64,000 nucleotides of DNA. It comes from an uncultured Hormoscilla sp. (GTDB lineage: Bacteria; Cyanobacteriota; Cyanobacteriia; Cyanobacteriales; Desertifilaceae). The stretch is from NCBI GenBank assembly GCA_963921275.4, contig OZ001293.3:64001-128000 (forward strand), written 5' to 3'. The notes under the pieces are model-generated. The model did not search any database. It was not told the DNA's origin and was given only the letters and a program-made list of their open reading frames with translations. Shown one piece after another: positions 44,262-55,831 of this stretch (the stretch's first letter is position 1; each line of letters begins with the position of its first letter). The position numbers were made by a program, and so were the translations under genes.

Positions 44262-46082
44262 TCAATTTGGGGCAATGCTCAACTCCTCAATGTTCCAGAA
44301 TGGTCCGCTATTTGCTGAAAATTTAATATTCTGTACCCGATCGCGCACCGCCTGCATATCTAGTTGATTCACCAGGAAAAACACGGGTAACTGTTCGGCG
44401 ACTATTTGCTGAAATCTGCCGTAAATCTGCTGGCGCTTGTTCTCATCCAGTTCGGCTGCTCCCGCCGCGAACAGACTGTCTATCTCTCGTTCCCAGTCAG
44501 AAACCTGCCAACCTTCGATCAGGGGTTGTCCCGGTTGCGGACCTTGGTTAAATTGATGAAAGGAGCCCCTACTCGACCAGAACAAGGATAGCAGGTTAGG
44601 TTCAATATCGGCACCAGAAACGGCAAAGGAACCCACATAACATTCCCAATCTCGACTTACCAACAGCTTTTTGAGGATAACATTGAAGTTGAGTACCTGT
44701 AAATCCGCTTTGATGCCAATCTGAGCCAAGTCTTGTTGGATATGAACCGCCGTATCGATCCGAGCCTTCTCGGAAGATTTTACCAGGAGAGTAAATTGTA
44801 CCCGATTTCCATCCCAGTCCAGAAGCTCCTTTTCCCTATTGTACTGAAAACCTGCTTCTAGCAATATTTTCTTTGCCTTCTGGGGGTCGTAGTTGTAGAC
44901 CTTTAACCCTGAAGAGGGAGACAGATAATAAGGACTTTGCTCTGCCAGGGGCGAATTTTGTAATTGACCCAGTCCCCGATAAATATTGTTTTTTATTCGG
45001 GAGCGATTGATGGCATAGGCGACTGCTTGTCTGAAGGCTAAGCTATTGAACCAGCGAGACTTGATGGGGTCTACAAAGGGTTTACCTTTAGCATTGCGGG
45101 CTTGATTGAGATTGAAACCGACAAAGCGAATGCCAGGACTCGGGCCGCCGTTGTAAATGGTATATTTGCCGCGCTTTTCCTCTCGCTTCAGTAACTCAAA
45201 TTCCTTTGACGTCACCTCCAGGGTATCAAGTTCCCCAGAGCGAAATCTGAGTAATTGGTTGTCCGTGGATGCAATAATTTGTAATACTAAGCGATCGATG
45301 TAGGGCATCGGATTTCCCCGATCGTCTTTTCGCCAGTAATAGGGGTTCCGTTCCAAGACCACCCGTTCTCCTGGTCTGTAGCTGATGAGGCGGTAGGGAC
45401 CGTTGCTAATAATGTTTTGGGGATCTGTGTCCGTTCCCCACATAGAAATAAATTGAGGATTTCCTTGACTATCGAGCGATCGCACGGAGTCCCGCAAAGC
45501 ATGAGCGGGCATAATTGCCATTATTCTGATGTATCTGACAAAGGGGGCAAAGGGTTCGGGTAAGATAAACTCAACTCGGCGATCGTCTAGTTTCCGCACC
45601 GTTGGGAAAGTACTGCCAATGCGCAGAAAATCTCGATATATAGTGGGAATTTTGGGATTTAGATAAATCTCCTGAAAGGTAAAGACTACATCATCTGCGG
45701 TGAGAGGTTCTCCATCTGACCATTTTAGCCCCGACCGCAGGGTAAAAGTAATTCTTCCCCGATCGTCACTAAACACCCAGGACTCAGCCAGTGCGAGTTC
45801 CAACTCGGCGGTGATGCCATTTTTAGCCACTAATCCTTCGTAGATGTAAAGAAAAGGACTGTAGGGCGTTTTATTGACGGGTAAGTTAAAAGTGCTGGGA
45901 TCGCTGGGCATGACTAATACTAATTGCTCGCCCTGATTCCCCTCGGTTGTAAACTTCATCAGGCTGCAACCGCCTGTGAAAATTAACAGACAAGATAAGG
46001 CCAAGGGAACTAGGATGCGTAGAGATAGAACCACAGCTTTCATCGGATTTCCCTCGGTAGCGGTGTTGAAATTCAAAGGCAT
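44262..46082 (-). CDS. ABC peptide-type substrate-binding lipoprotein (family 5)
   Basis: Lipobox-like Cys, KWSDGEPLTADDVVFT, SNGPY, FRQAVAYAINR. Confidence 0.93.
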   Translation of the reverse strand: MPLNFNTATEGNPMKAVVLSLRILVPLALSCLLIFTGGCSLMKFTTEGNQGEQLVLVMPSDPSTFNLPVNKTPYSPFLYIYEGLVAKNGITAELELALAESWVFSDDRGRITFTLRSGLKWSDGEPLTADDVVFTFQEIYLNPKIPTIYRDFLRIGSTFPTVRKLDDRRVEFILPEPFAPFVRYIRIMAIMPAHALRDSVRSLDSQGNPQFISMWGTDTDPQNIISNGPYRLISYRPGERVVLERNPYYWRKDDRGNPMPYIDRLVLQIIASTDNQLLRFRSGELDTLEVTSKEFELLKREEKRGKYTIYNGGPSPGIRFVGFNLNQARNAKGKPFVDPIKSRWFNSLAFRQAVAYAINRSRIKNNIYRGLGQLQNSPLAEQSPYYLSPSSGLKVYNYDPQKAKKILLEAGFQYNREKELLDWDGNRVQFTLLVKSSEKARIDTAVHIQQDLAQIGIKADLQVLNFNVILKKLLVSRDWECYVGSFAVSGADIEPNLLSLFWSSRGSFHQFNQGPQPGQPLIEGWQVSDWEREIDSLFAAGAAELDENKRQQIYGRFQQIVAEQLPVFFLVNQLDMQAVRDRVQNIKFSANSGPFWNIEELSIAPN

Positions 46083-46951
46083 GAGTTGTCCACGACTCCT
46101 AAGCGCAGTGCAATCCGCTTATACTTGCTTGCATCATAGGGAGTCCCTCGGTGCATCACTTGCGAGTTGTCCCAAAATAAAATATCTCCTGGATGCCAAA
46201 CATGGGAATAAACTGGCGTGCGGGTACACGCAGTTTGAAACAGTTCCTGCCAAAACTGTTTTGCCGTCTCTGGTTTATCCTCCATGCCGACAGGAATTGC
46301 TGTGTGGAAGCCTAGATATAATCCTTTTTTACCAGTGACCCTGTGAGTGGACACTATTGGATGCACTTTCTTGGGAAGAACGACCTCCGAAGGCTGCTTA
46401 GAGAATACTGGTGGTGTATGATACATCGACATCTGCTCTAGTTGCTGCTGATGAGAGCGATCGAGGTTATTGTACCCTTCTATCATGTCGAGGAACTCAG
46501 TAGTATGGGGCTGCCCATCTATTCCTTCGGGAGGTATTTCCACCCCATAGAGCATCACCACATAAAGTGCATTCATCTCCAGTCCCTCCGTGCGCGGGAC
46601 GCCATCCTTATCATTATGCCATTGCCAAGCAATCTTTCCCACTGGTTCGGAAGTAAATCCCTTGGGATTTCCCAATATAGCCACATATCTGCTTTGTAAG
46701 TCTGGACTGATATCGGGATCTAATGTGAAAGACTTGCCCCCAAACATTAGATCGCCAAATGTCTGTCTGGCAAATTCTTCTAACTGCGATGCCGTCAGAT
46801 GTTGCTGTCTGACTACGACAACGCCGTGTTCCCAAAGGGATTCCTTCAGTTCCCGTACCTGTTCGTCTGTCAGGTGGGCGAGATTGCAACCGGACAGCAC
46901 TTCTATTCTGAGTCTTGGGTGGTGCTGTTGATGCTTAGTGTTTTCCGTCAT
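46073..46951 (-). CDS. TauD/TfdA-family Fe(II)/2OG dioxygenase
   Basis: WQWHND, HPIVSTH, WDNSQVMHR. Confidence 0.9.
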   Translation of the reverse strand: MTENTKHQQHHPRLRIEVLSGCNLAHLTDEQVRELKESLWEHGVVVVRQQHLTASQLEEFARQTFGDLMFGGKSFTLDPDISPDLQSRYVAILGNPKGFTSEPVGKIAWQWHNDKDGVPRTEGLEMNALYVVMLYGVEIPPEGIDGQPHTTEFLDMIEGYNNLDRSHQQQLEQMSMYHTPPVFSKQPSEVVLPKKVHPIVSTHRVTGKKGLYLGFHTAIPVGMEDKPETAKQFWQELFQTACTRTPVYSHVWHPGDILFWDNSQVMHRGTPYDASKYKRIALRLGVVDNSCL

Positions 46952-47030
46952 CTTGTCATCTCCTATCTTATAGCACACATTATCCTCTACTTGTCAAGCA
47001 TACTCAAGAGCGATCCTTATAGGTAGTATA

Positions 47031-47432
47031 TCACTTTGGGGCAATTCTCAGCTCGTCAATTTTCCATAACGGTCCTCCTCCATAAGGATAAAATTCTCTA
47101 TTCTGTACCCGATCGCGCACTGCCTGCAACTGGAGGAAACTGACCAGGAAAAACACTGGCACCTGTTCGGCAACAACTTGCTGAAATCTGCCGTATATCT
47201 CCCGACGCTTGCTTTCCTCAAGTTCTTTAGCCCCTGCACTCAACAGACTGTCAATCTCTCGCTCCCAGTCAGAAACTTGCCAACCTGCGATCGGGGGTTA
47301 TCCTGGTTGGGGACCTTGGTTAAATTGATGATAGGAACCACTACTATACCATAAAAAAGAGAGGAGATTGGGTTTTACCTCTGCACCGGCAATGCCAAAC
47401 ATCCCCACATAGCATTCCCAATCTCGCGTTAT
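47031..47432 (-). pseudogene. C-terminal fragment of a paralogous substrate-binding protein
   Basis: Similar to 44262-44655 (RDWECYVG...QAVRDRVQN); stop or frameshift present. Confidence 0.85.
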
Positions 47433-47464
47433 GAAGCCATAGCGGGCTACTAAGGTGGCAAAGT

Positions 47465-47755
47465 TTAAGTATCTCTCTTGTCAACCAATGCCCCCTGTAG
47501 CATCAGAACGATAGGAAAAGTGGTGGTTTTGTTCTCGGCAATGGGAAAGTAAATGTCCGTTTCATCAACCCCTTTCAGGCTACCCGTAGTCGGAATTTCG
47601 GTGCTGTAGCTTCTAGCTGCTGCTTGGGTGGGAGGTGGGTTGCTAGTATAGGCGATCGCTGTTATGCTACCTAACCTCATGAAGAAGCCACTTAACAGGG
47701 CGATCCAAGTATACTTCCTAGTTAGTCTTGTTTGTGTTGTCATTGCATCAATCAA
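47465..47755 (-). pseudogene. N-terminal fragment of an exported alpha/beta hydrolase-like protein
   Basis: DETDIYFP...FPIVLMLQGALVDK then abrupt stop. Confidence 0.55.
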
Positions 47756-47920
47756 ATAGTTGCTTTGAGGGAAACTGTCTCATTTGAAATTTATCTGATC
47801 GATCGGACTTGTCCCACTTTAACAAAGTTTGCCGCACGCATCGCAACCAACCAGAAGATGAGTTGATCTGCCCTAACCCAATCTATTCTACTCACAGCCT
47901 CCCTACCTTGTCAACCCCTG

Positions 47921-48110
47921 CGGGTGTGGTCATGGGTCAGTTGGTTGTGTTGCCCAAACCCGCGAATGGTGGGTCGATATATCCACTCTTTTGTGCGTAA
48001 GGCGCGAGCTGTCCGGTGGGTAGTGCGAGTAGCGCTCCCCACCGGACAGCTCTCCGGATATATCGAAGGTGCCCACCCTACCAATGCAACGGTCTGCATG
48101 ACCGCACCCG
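47921..48110. mobile_element. 190-bp MITE-like element
   Basis: cgggtgtggtcatg / catgaccgcacccg TIRs; internal 15-bp hairpin at 48005-48052. Confidence 0.65.
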
Positions 48111-49061
48111 TCAACTAGGCTTAATGCCAACGATCGCGCGATGACGGGGGTCGCTTGCTACGGTGGTTTTGCACTGGAAACCGACCTCCTGCATCGCCGC
48201 CTCTACGTCAAAAGTGTGGTAGTCATCAAGCCAAGGTTCGGTACTTTTTAACAGCACAAACAGTGCTGGCGGCAGATTTTGAAGTACGGGCGATCGCGGA
48301 TCTTGGTCTAAAATTGCCAAACAGCCACCGGGGCGCAAAACCCGCAGCGCTTCTTGGAAAACATTCCGAGTTGCATGGCGCGGTAGGTGGTGAAGTACCG
48401 ATTTTAGCGTTACTACGTCAAACGAATTTTCTGGTAAACCGGTCTTTTCCGCGTTAGCGTGTATCCACTCGGAAATATCGCCGTTGACATCTACAGTTTT
48501 GGCGACAGCTAGCATATAAGGGGACAAGTCTAAACCCACCGTCCTCACTTTCGTTTTTTGTCGCTGGCAGTAATAGCGGTGAAGCGGGAAAGTTAACATT
48601 CCCACCGAACAGCCCATATCTAACACATCTTTTACTAACGATGGGCTGTACTCGTCCAATACTTGATAAAAATTACCTAGCAAGCGTTCGTATGCGCTTT
48701 CTCCGCTAAGGTTTTCTTGCGGCCAAACTCTCAAAGCTCTCACATATGTAGCTGGGATAGCTTCAAAGGCAGCTTGCCAACATAGATCCCCCTCTTCATA
48801 AGCGTGGAAAGGCTTTCGATAATAGTCTGGATACCCAACGCTCGGGTTGGTAATATCGGAAAGCAGTCCCTTCGCACCTGATGCCTCTAACTCCTGGTAG
48901 GTTTGCCGCCAAGGGACACCATTTTTTTCAGCGGTTTTAATCATCACCCGCCTAGCTTGGTGTTTCATCACCTGGTAGATGGGTTTTGTCTGGATTAACA
49001 GATTCACAAATCGCGACAGCAATTCATCACCCGTCCAGTTTGGTTTCAGCTTGTTCGTCAT
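48111..49061 (-). CDS. Class I SAM-dependent methyltransferase
   Basis: YPDYYRKPFHAY, VLDMGCSVG, GLDLSPYML, LRPGG. Confidence 0.92.
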   Translation of the reverse strand: MTNKLKPNWTGDELLSRFVNLLIQTKPIYQVMKHQARRVMIKTAEKNGVPWRQTYQELEASGAKGLLSDITNPSVGYPDYYRKPFHAYEEGDLCWQAAFEAIPATYVRALRVWPQENLSGESAYERLLGNFYQVLDEYSPSLVKDVLDMGCSVGMLTFPLHRYYCQRQKTKVRTVGLDLSPYMLAVAKTVDVNGDISEWIHANAEKTGLPENSFDVVTLKSVLHHLPRHATRNVFQEALRVLRPGGCLAILDQDPRSPVLQNLPPALFVLLKSTEPWLDDYHTFDVEAAMQEVGFQCKTTVASDPRHRAIVGIKPS

Positions 49062-49134
49062 AGTCTTATAAATGATTAGTCAGATCATTATTGCATAACT
49101 TTACTCTTATCTGCGAGCCAAAATCTCCCCCACA

Positions 49135-49332
49135 ACTCACGGAAACTCCCGCAGCTTCCAACAGCCAAGCCGTATATAAACCGGAAAGACCAGCACCCAG
49201 CACCAGCACTGAAGTTGGTTTTGTTTCTTGGGCTACAGCAAGTTGTCCTGCCCGACCTGCTAGTAGCAGGGCCAGGGCCGACTGGCTGAGTCTCGATAAA
49301 AAATTACGGCGCTTCCAACGAACCATCCTCAT
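49135..49332 (-). pseudogene. N-terminus of a Tat-exported flavin oxidoreductase (amine-oxidase-like)
   Basis: KRRNFL Tat motif; VLVLGAGLSGLYTA; truncated. Confidence 0.75.
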
Positions 49333-49484
49333 TGCCTTCTTTTGAGCTTACCCTTCCTTTGGCAGCTTACCTGTAATTGCGAGGGCCTGATTATAACTTT
49401 TGTTAAGTTTCATGTACTTATCTATCTTAACAGCACAGAGAGCACGGGTGATGATATGTTGATTCAGGGTACTACACAAGGGTT

Positions 49485-50022
49485 ATGAGTAATTCTGGTA
49501 CTACAGAATTGCCTCTCTGGGTGCAAGACAGAAATACCGTCATTGCCAATAATGCTGGAGTAGAATGGCGAAATGGCGAACAGCCATGGCTACACGGATA
49601 AATTTTTCAAGGAAGAGAGTCAGTTCCATCATCCGGAAGGTTCCTTGGAGGCGATCGCCCAAAACTTGGTGAGAACCTTTGAAATGGAAGCATCCCACAA
49701 AGCCAACCCCCCAACAATGGATATCCATTGTCACCGATAAGTTTCCCATGAGTACCAACGGGGGACGGCCTTACACAGCACAGCCTTTCCCAATGGGTTT
49801 CTCTGGGAAATAACAGAAGTGCTTGCCGGACCGCCAAATGTAACATTTTTTCGGAAAATGAAAGAAGTAACCATGGGGGAGATCGAGCATGGAGAGAGTA
49901 CAATATACGTGCAAGTTGTCCACCAGGGGACGGGTAAAGTTCTGGACCTGGAGACAATGACCCTGGTAAGCGATACCGAACGGGTGCGCACAACAACTGT
50001 TCGATCGGGAGGGAGTATTTAA
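49485..50022 (+). pseudogene. Pathogenesis-related / SnoaL-like protein remnant
   Basis: LPLWVQDR..VEWR; GSLEAIAQNLVRTFEMEASHK; FPMGFLWEITEVLAGPP in different frames. Confidence 0.7.
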
Positions 50023-50459
50023 GGGCTGAAGAGTAATTATGGAAAGTCGAGTAGATTAAAATGGTGACAAAAGTAGTGCAGTGCTAGACTTCACGAAAGA
50101 GTAATGTGATTTTGACCGCCGACCACTGACAAAGGAATTCTATGGATCCCAAAGAACAGAACTGGAAAAACTTAACTGCCAAGCATTTGCGGGACTGGCA
50201 CGGTATTTGGACCCAAGTATGACGAATCTGGTGCTTTTTATAGCTTGACGCTGGATCTATTACACCTTATCTAGTAGAAGCTCTAAACCGGATTTCGGGT
50301 GAGATTCCCAACAAAATATCTACATTTTACCCACAAGAAATTCGGTTTATTTACCGAGGGTGAGCGATCTCATCCTCATCTACTCCCCATCTCTATTAAC
50401 GTTCGCCACCAAAATTTACCTTAAATCTTCCCAGTCATTTTGTTATATTCTCAGGCGAT

Positions 50460-51113
50460 CGCTTCACCCTGCCGTCGAGAGCCAGTCTTCTAACTTCAGA
50501 CCCGGAACCCTGAGCATATCGGAATCGTGAGAAACCAGAGTCAAGTCCCGGGCGATCGCCGTTGCCGCGATCAAAATATCTGCATCTCCTATCGGCGTCC
50601 CTACGCTTTAAATCTGCATGGATTTCTGCCGATCTCTCTAAAATCTCTAAGTCGCTTGGAGTCGCGCGTATCAATAACTTTTGGATAAGTAGTAGGACAT
50701 AATTATTTTCAAATTTCCCAGGCAAGCACAATCTGCTGATTTTGCACCAATGACTGCACCGATAAAGCATCAGTTTCGTCCATTACGACCACCCGTGCGG
50801 CTACTTTCTCCAACTCTGTTACACGTGCAGTAGTCGTGGTAGTTGCTGTCACCAAGTGACCCCGTTCTTGCCAATAGCGAGCTACAGATGCTCCAACATA
50901 AAATGCAACGGTAACCGCTTCGCAAAAGGTATTAAACTTAGACAGTTTCCTGGTAGCATTGGCATACAACAAGCCTCTCTTAGTCTCGTAGTAGCTGATT
51001 ATACTTATATACAGGTTTTCTTCCTGAAAATTTGCCTCCTTGATTTTAGCTCTAATTTTTTCATCATTCTTCAAATGCGCCGTGATAATATTTGTATCTA
51101 GCAGATAACCCAT
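50460..51113 (-). pseudogene. PIN/VapC toxin interrupted by a fragment of an SDR-like oxidoreductase gene (about 50700-50905)
   Basis: YLLDTNI start; GDADILIAATA..LILVSHDSD tail; intervening YVGASVARYW..GHLVTATT. Confidence 0.75.
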
Positions 51114-51121
51114 GGCAAATT

Positions 51122-51418
51122 CTACCTTCCTTCTACTGCGGCATCAAACATTTCGATTTGCTCTGGAGTTAGGTCTAAAAGCATTCCCGCCGTGGCCTCG
51201 CTCGCCATTACACCCTTGACCCTTTTTGTCAGTCGCTCGCCATCCAAAGAGATAATCTCTTCTGGCTCCACCACCCGGTCTAACAGGTCCGAAAAAATTT
51301 GCATTAGTTCGTTTTTGTCTAGTTCTTTCTGATAAAGAGTATTTGTTTTGATTAATCGATCGACTATAGCCGATATCCGAGACAGGGCTGCATCTTTTGC
51401 TGTAGAGACTTGAATCAT
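51122..51418 (-). CDS. Putative antitoxin upstream of the PIN gene
   Basis: 98 aa ending DLTPEQIEMFDAAVEGR; 8 bp from the PIN start. Confidence 0.75.
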   Translation of the reverse strand: MIQVSTAKDAALSRISAIVDRLIKTNTLYQKELDKNELMQIFSDLLDRVVEPEEIISLDGERLTKRVKGVMASEATAGMLLDLTPEQIEMFDAAVEGR

Positions 51419-51584
51419 AAATTCCTCCCACTTGCGATCGTAACGCTAAATCTGGTAGCCGTCGTTATATATTCTCTTTAATTATAGCCTGCTACAATGT
51501 TAAGAAATATGTGAGTAAGGCATAGCGCCGAATGGGGGGAGTTTAATGTTGGGTAACGTTGCGGAAACCAAATCTACAGAATAG

Positions 51585-51958
51585 CTATGCCATATTCTCT
51601 TCAAAAGGGTTAAGTAATGCCAGCTCAGTTATCCACTGAAAATCATCCATATTCCGAGTTACTAAAGTCATGCTATATTGTAGAGCTGTTCCGGCAATAA
51701 TAGCATCGCCAACGCTCATTCTCCTCTGTTGTCGCAGAGTTACTGCTTGCTCTATGACTGCTTGCGATATCGGGATGATTCTAGTAGCGTCAAAGAATTC
51801 ATAGAAGTAAGGCGATCGTCAGCAGTAAGCTGATGGTAGCCAAGCACTTCTAAATAACTCAGTGCAGACACTGCTGGCTCCTGTTCGGCGATAAATTGCC
51901 TCAAGCGAGAATTTTCTGGTTGCACTGAGTAGATAATAATGTTGCTATCTAAAAGCAT
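51585..51958 (-). pseudogene. PIN/VapC toxin, frameshifted near 51800
   Basis: MLLDSNIIIY; GDAIIAGTAL..LVTRNMDDF in another frame. Confidence 0.85.
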
Positions 51959-51989
51959 TATCCTCTTATCCTTTAACATGCCGAAGGGA

Positions 51990-52226
51990 TCAGTCTTGAC
52001 GTATATCGCGCTGCCATGCCACTGGATCCACTCCCGCGAAGGTATTGAGGGCAGCAAGTTTTTCTAAAGCTTCTGCCATTTTCTGACCGCGAGAGACTGT
52101 CTCTCTACCTGGATGGGATTCTAAAATTGTAACATGAACCTCCAAAGGGCGATCGCTCATTTCTGGAGTTTCGTCAAGCCACTCTAAGCGGTTTCCTGTC
52201 AATACAGCCTTAAAGGTTTGCAACAT
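51990..52226 (-). CDS. Putative antitoxin
   Basis: Small ORF with DPVAWQRDIRQD directly upstream of PIN. Confidence 0.7.
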   Translation of the reverse strand: MLQTFKAVLTGNRLEWLDETPEMSDRPLEVHVTILESHPGRETVSRGQKMAEALEKLAALNTFAGVDPVAWQRDIRQD

Positions 52227-52329
52227 AAAGTTAAGTCCCAATTGAGTGTTCTCCTGTCTATTATATCTTTAATGGGGTAGGGTTAACGAAGGAAACCCTA
52301 CCAAATTTGCCCCATTACCTATTACTAAT

Positions 52330-55300
52330 TTACGATCGCCACTGGTAAGGCGATCGCTTGACTGCCTCATAGTTAGCATCTAACTCCGGTTCCAGTAACA
52401 AAATCGCCCCAATACGTCGGGCCATATTCGTTACTTCCTGCACTTCGGAAACTTCCAGAGGTCGTCCTAACAAACATTTTTCGCGATAACTCAACCATTT
52501 TTTAATCACCTGATAGCCGCCGATGGTGTAATCCCAGACTCGGGCGGGGATATTTTGCCAGTAAGCGACATCGTTGAGATAAACGTCCCGGGTGTCTTCC
52601 CCCAGTTGTCCGGTTGCTTCTCCCATAGCTTTTCGTTCCTCGGGACTATAGAGGCGCTGTGCGATTTTGCCCTTGCCCGGCCTGGTGATGCCGTTTTTGT
52701 TACGGGAACCCCAACAGGCGGTGACGGCAAATTCCTTCGGGTTGAGGTTGCCGCCACCGACGCGAGAAACAACTGCCACGGCCCGGAATTCGGGGCGAAT
52801 TTTCCCCGAGGTGACGCCCGGAGTGGGAGTTTCGGTATCTAGGAGGGCCGCTATTTGGTGACCGAGTTGGGCGGAAGCGAGAAGGGTTTCGCGGTTGTCT
52901 GGTAGGGGAATGCGAGGCCAGTCTTGACGGATGCCGTCGGCGTTTTCTGCCAGGTAGGCCGGAGAGTAACCGATCGCCAAGGAGTGCATCCAAATCAGCA
53001 AAGCTGTTTCCCTATCTTCATCGGGATTAGGAAACCCCAAACCTGCTAAATAATTTCTGGCAGCCTCCGAGAGATTGGCAAAAGGTCGATCCACCTCTGG
53101 CTTTTCTGGCAACAAATCCAGCAAACTTAATTGTTCTTTTGGGCGCAACCGTGCCCCATTCATCAGTTGCAACGGAAAATAATAGGCATGACCCCGCAAA
53201 AAATCATTGTCTCCCAACAGCCGAGTGAAGAAAAATGGACAACCTTCAAGACTCACAACTCCAGCGGGGCGGGTCATCAAAAATGAATTTCCTAGCCAAC
53301 ATTGCTTCCAAAGAGAAGGACGCGAGCTATTCCAAACCCCACTTACGGATGTGTAGTAGCACCAACGGACTTCAAACGGACGCAAGGCATAACGAACTAA
53401 GCGTTCTGGTAAGAATTGACCTTGTAGGAGCGCATTCCGCCGCACAACTTTAGGCTCGAAACTCGCTCTTAGCTTGACTAAGCCATAATTCAATGCTGCG
53501 TAATTATCCCAGCTTAACTCGGGATCTAGATAAGCTCTCATCCGTTGTTCTAGAGCATCTCGATCGATATCAATCAATGCTCTTCCCCTCTTTTCCATTA
53601 AGCCATTGCTAGGAGCGATCGCACAAAACTCCGTTAACTTTTGCCATTCATAATAAGGCTCTTCAACTTCTGAAAACCGGAACGAGTAACGATTGTTAAA
53701 GGTGGGATTACATCGATCGTAAGAATCATTAAATCCATCGGCATTTAAACTCTGAACTAAATCCTCCCGTTTATTGACTCCCCAAAAATGCCGAAACCGT
53801 ACCATAGGTTTGTCCTGGCGTTGTTCCTTTCTGACCATCAACGCGATCTCCGTACCTACTCGGATTCCCTCCCGGTTGTATTCCGTCGAAAACACGCTCG
53901 GATCCGGTTTACCCTCTGGGGTTAACTTCCCCGTCTCCCGACTGGACCCGTTCAAACAATCAAACCACAACCGATCGAACTCCCTCAAAAAACGTTGCCG
54001 CATCACCACATAAGACGGATCCCCCAAATAAGAGAAATTAGAAATGTAACAAACCACACCCTTTTTCGGTTCGATCTCGGTAATACAATACTCGGCTAGC
54101 CGAAAGAACCGAACGTACAAATCATCAAGATTAAACTTTTTAATTCCCCAGTCCTTAATCAACCCCTCTTTATATATATCCACCAACCCCTCTTCTTCCT
54201 TGGGACTCACTCCCGCATAAGCGTTATAAGGAGGATTGCCCAAAACCACCAAAATCGGTTTTCCGCGCTTCACCTCGTCAGCGGCATCCTTTTCCTCTCC
54301 CAGTTCGGGAAAATTTAACGAAAGTTGCTTATACCTCACCTTCGCTTCCTCCGTTGGCGGTTCCCAACCGGTCAAAGCATTAGTCAAATAAACCCCCACT
54401 CGTTCGGAAGGCGACAGGGGTACTCCCAAATTCTGCAACAGCAAACCCAACTGTAAATGAGCGACTACAAAGGGCGCGGTCAAAATTTCAAACCCAAACA
54501 CCCGATTTTTGGCCGCCGCCTTCAGTTGGAAACCCACTAATGCCCCCAACCCCTTCTCCTCTAAAGTGGCATTGATGCGCTTGAGAACTTCCACCAAATA
54601 GGCCCCAGTGCCGCAACAAGGATCGAGAATATAAACGTTTGGGTCTGCTAAACCGTCGGAGATTTCCAACTCTTCGCGCAAAACCCCATCCACCCGTTCT
54701 ACCATATACTCCACAACTTCCGGTGGCGTGTACCAAACTCCTAAATCTTTGCGCAATTTCGGATCGAATGCCTCCAGAAACGGTTCGTAAAAGTATTGAA
54801 CCGCCCGCCCTTCCTCAAACTGGGAGAAAAACGCCTCGGTATCTACCCGGTTGAGGGCATCTCCCGTCCAGTCCAACACCTCCACTAAATCCAATTTGCC
54901 CAACTTTGTCGGCGTCGCCACCTTCTCGAACAGCGCTTTAATGGTGGGAACGTGCAAATCCAAAGCTGCTTTCTTCCAATCGAATTTACCCTGTTTGTTC
55001 TGTTTGTGCCACAGCACCCAGGCCGAAAAGATGCCGTAGAACAAGGTTTGAATGAGGGCGGATTTAAAAAAGCGATCGCCCTTTAAGCCATCGCCCTTTT
55101 TCCCCTCAAAAGAAACTCCCAACGCTTCCTCTAAAGCTTGGCGGATCTGTTTGAGTGCCGGTAGTTCGGTTTTCTCAATGCGCGATCGGGCATCTTTAGC
55201 GTAGGATGCGAGAAACCAGGCAACATCTTTGGGAGTAGCGATCGCTGCCGACTGCAACATCACCCGTTTGAGATATTCGGTAAACTGTTCTGCCTGTTCT

Positions 55301-55782
55301 GCGGCCAACTTACTCGGGTTGTTCGCCTTCTGCCAAAACTCCTCCTCACTTTCTGCCAAACGATAGGTTTCCAGTTTAACCGGTTGCCCGTTGATATCCT
55401 GCCCCACCAAGACAAAATCCCGGTAATTGGTAACTAATACTTGACGATATTTTTGCCAATACTTAGAAACCTGCTTGCTGTCAGCAACCAACCAGGCATC
55501 ATCTCCGGTGCCTTTTACTTCTATGACACCCCGTTCGGGATTTTCTGGTTCTGTGGGAGTTTCCGACTGCCGTTTAAACTGACGGGCGCTAAACAACCCA
55601 CCATCGGGCATCCCCGCCCCCTGATTTTTTAACTGCATGACACAGCGAACCTTGGGTTTGAGGGAGTCGCCAATTTCCGAAAGCAGTTTTTCTAAGGCCC
55701 CATAGTAAGAAGTCTCTTTAACTGCGGCCCCCGTGGCGCGAATGTCCCTCAGATCGCTAATATAGCTTTTAACTGGTTCCAT
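52330..55782 (-). CDS. Single-chain restriction-modification enzyme (PD-(D/E)XK nuclease, N6-MTase, Type ISP-like C-terminal specificity region)
   Basis: PDGG..IEVK, GVWYTP, ILDPCCGTG, GNPPY, VWDYTIGGYQVIKKWLSYR; no helicase motifs seen. Confidence 0.9.
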   Translation of the reverse strand: MEPVKSYISDLRDIRATGAAVKETSYYGALEKLLSEIGDSLKPKVRCVMQLKNQGAGMPDGGLFSARQFKRQSETPTEPENPERGVIEVKGTGDDAWLVADSKQVSKYWQKYRQVLVTNYRDFVLVGQDINGQPVKLETYRLAESEEEFWQKANNPSKLAAEQAEQFTEYLKRVMLQSAAIATPKDVAWFLASYAKDARSRIEKTELPALKQIRQALEEALGVSFEGKKGDGLKGDRFFKSALIQTLFYGIFSAWVLWHKQNKQGKFDWKKAALDLHVPTIKALFEKVATPTKLGKLDLVEVLDWTGDALNRVDTEAFFSQFEEGRAVQYFYEPFLEAFDPKLRKDLGVWYTPPEVVEYMVERVDGVLREELEISDGLADPNVYILDPCCGTGAYLVEVLKRINATLEEKGLGALVGFQLKAAAKNRVFGFEILTAPFVVAHLQLGLLLQNLGVPLSPSERVGVYLTNALTGWEPPTEEAKVRYKQLSLNFPELGEEKDAADEVKRGKPILVVLGNPPYNAYAGVSPKEEEGLVDIYKEGLIKDWGIKKFNLDDLYVRFFRLAEYCITEIEPKKGVVCYISNFSYLGDPSYVVMRQRFLREFDRLWFDCLNGSSRETGKLTPEGKPDPSVFSTEYNREGIRVGTEIALMVRKEQRQDKPMVRFRHFWGVNKREDLVQSLNADGFNDSYDRCNPTFNNRYSFRFSEVEEPYYEWQKLTEFCAIAPSNGLMEKRGRALIDIDRDALEQRMRAYLDPELSWDNYAALNYGLVKLRASFEPKVVRRNALLQGQFLPERLVRYALRPFEVRWCYYTSVSGVWNSSRPSLWKQCWLGNSFLMTRPAGVVSLEGCPFFFTRLLGDNDFLRGHAYYFPLQLMNGARLRPKEQLSLLDLLPEKPEVDRPFANLSEAARNYLAGLGFPNPDEDRETALLIWMHSLAIGYSPAYLAENADGIRQDWPRIPLPDNRETLLASAQLGHQIAALLDTETPTPGVTSGKIRPEFRAVAVVSRVGGGNLNPKEFAVTACWGSRNKNGITRPGKGKIAQRLYSPEERKAMGEATGQLGEDTRDVYLNDVAYWQNIPARVWDYTIGGYQVIKKWLSYREKCLLGRPLEVSEVQEVTNMARRIGAILLLEPELDANYEAVKRSPYQWRS

Positions 55783-55831
55783 AGTTTGTCCCTAGAAAAT
55801 TAATACCAATTTCTTCTGTAGTTCTCTCGTT

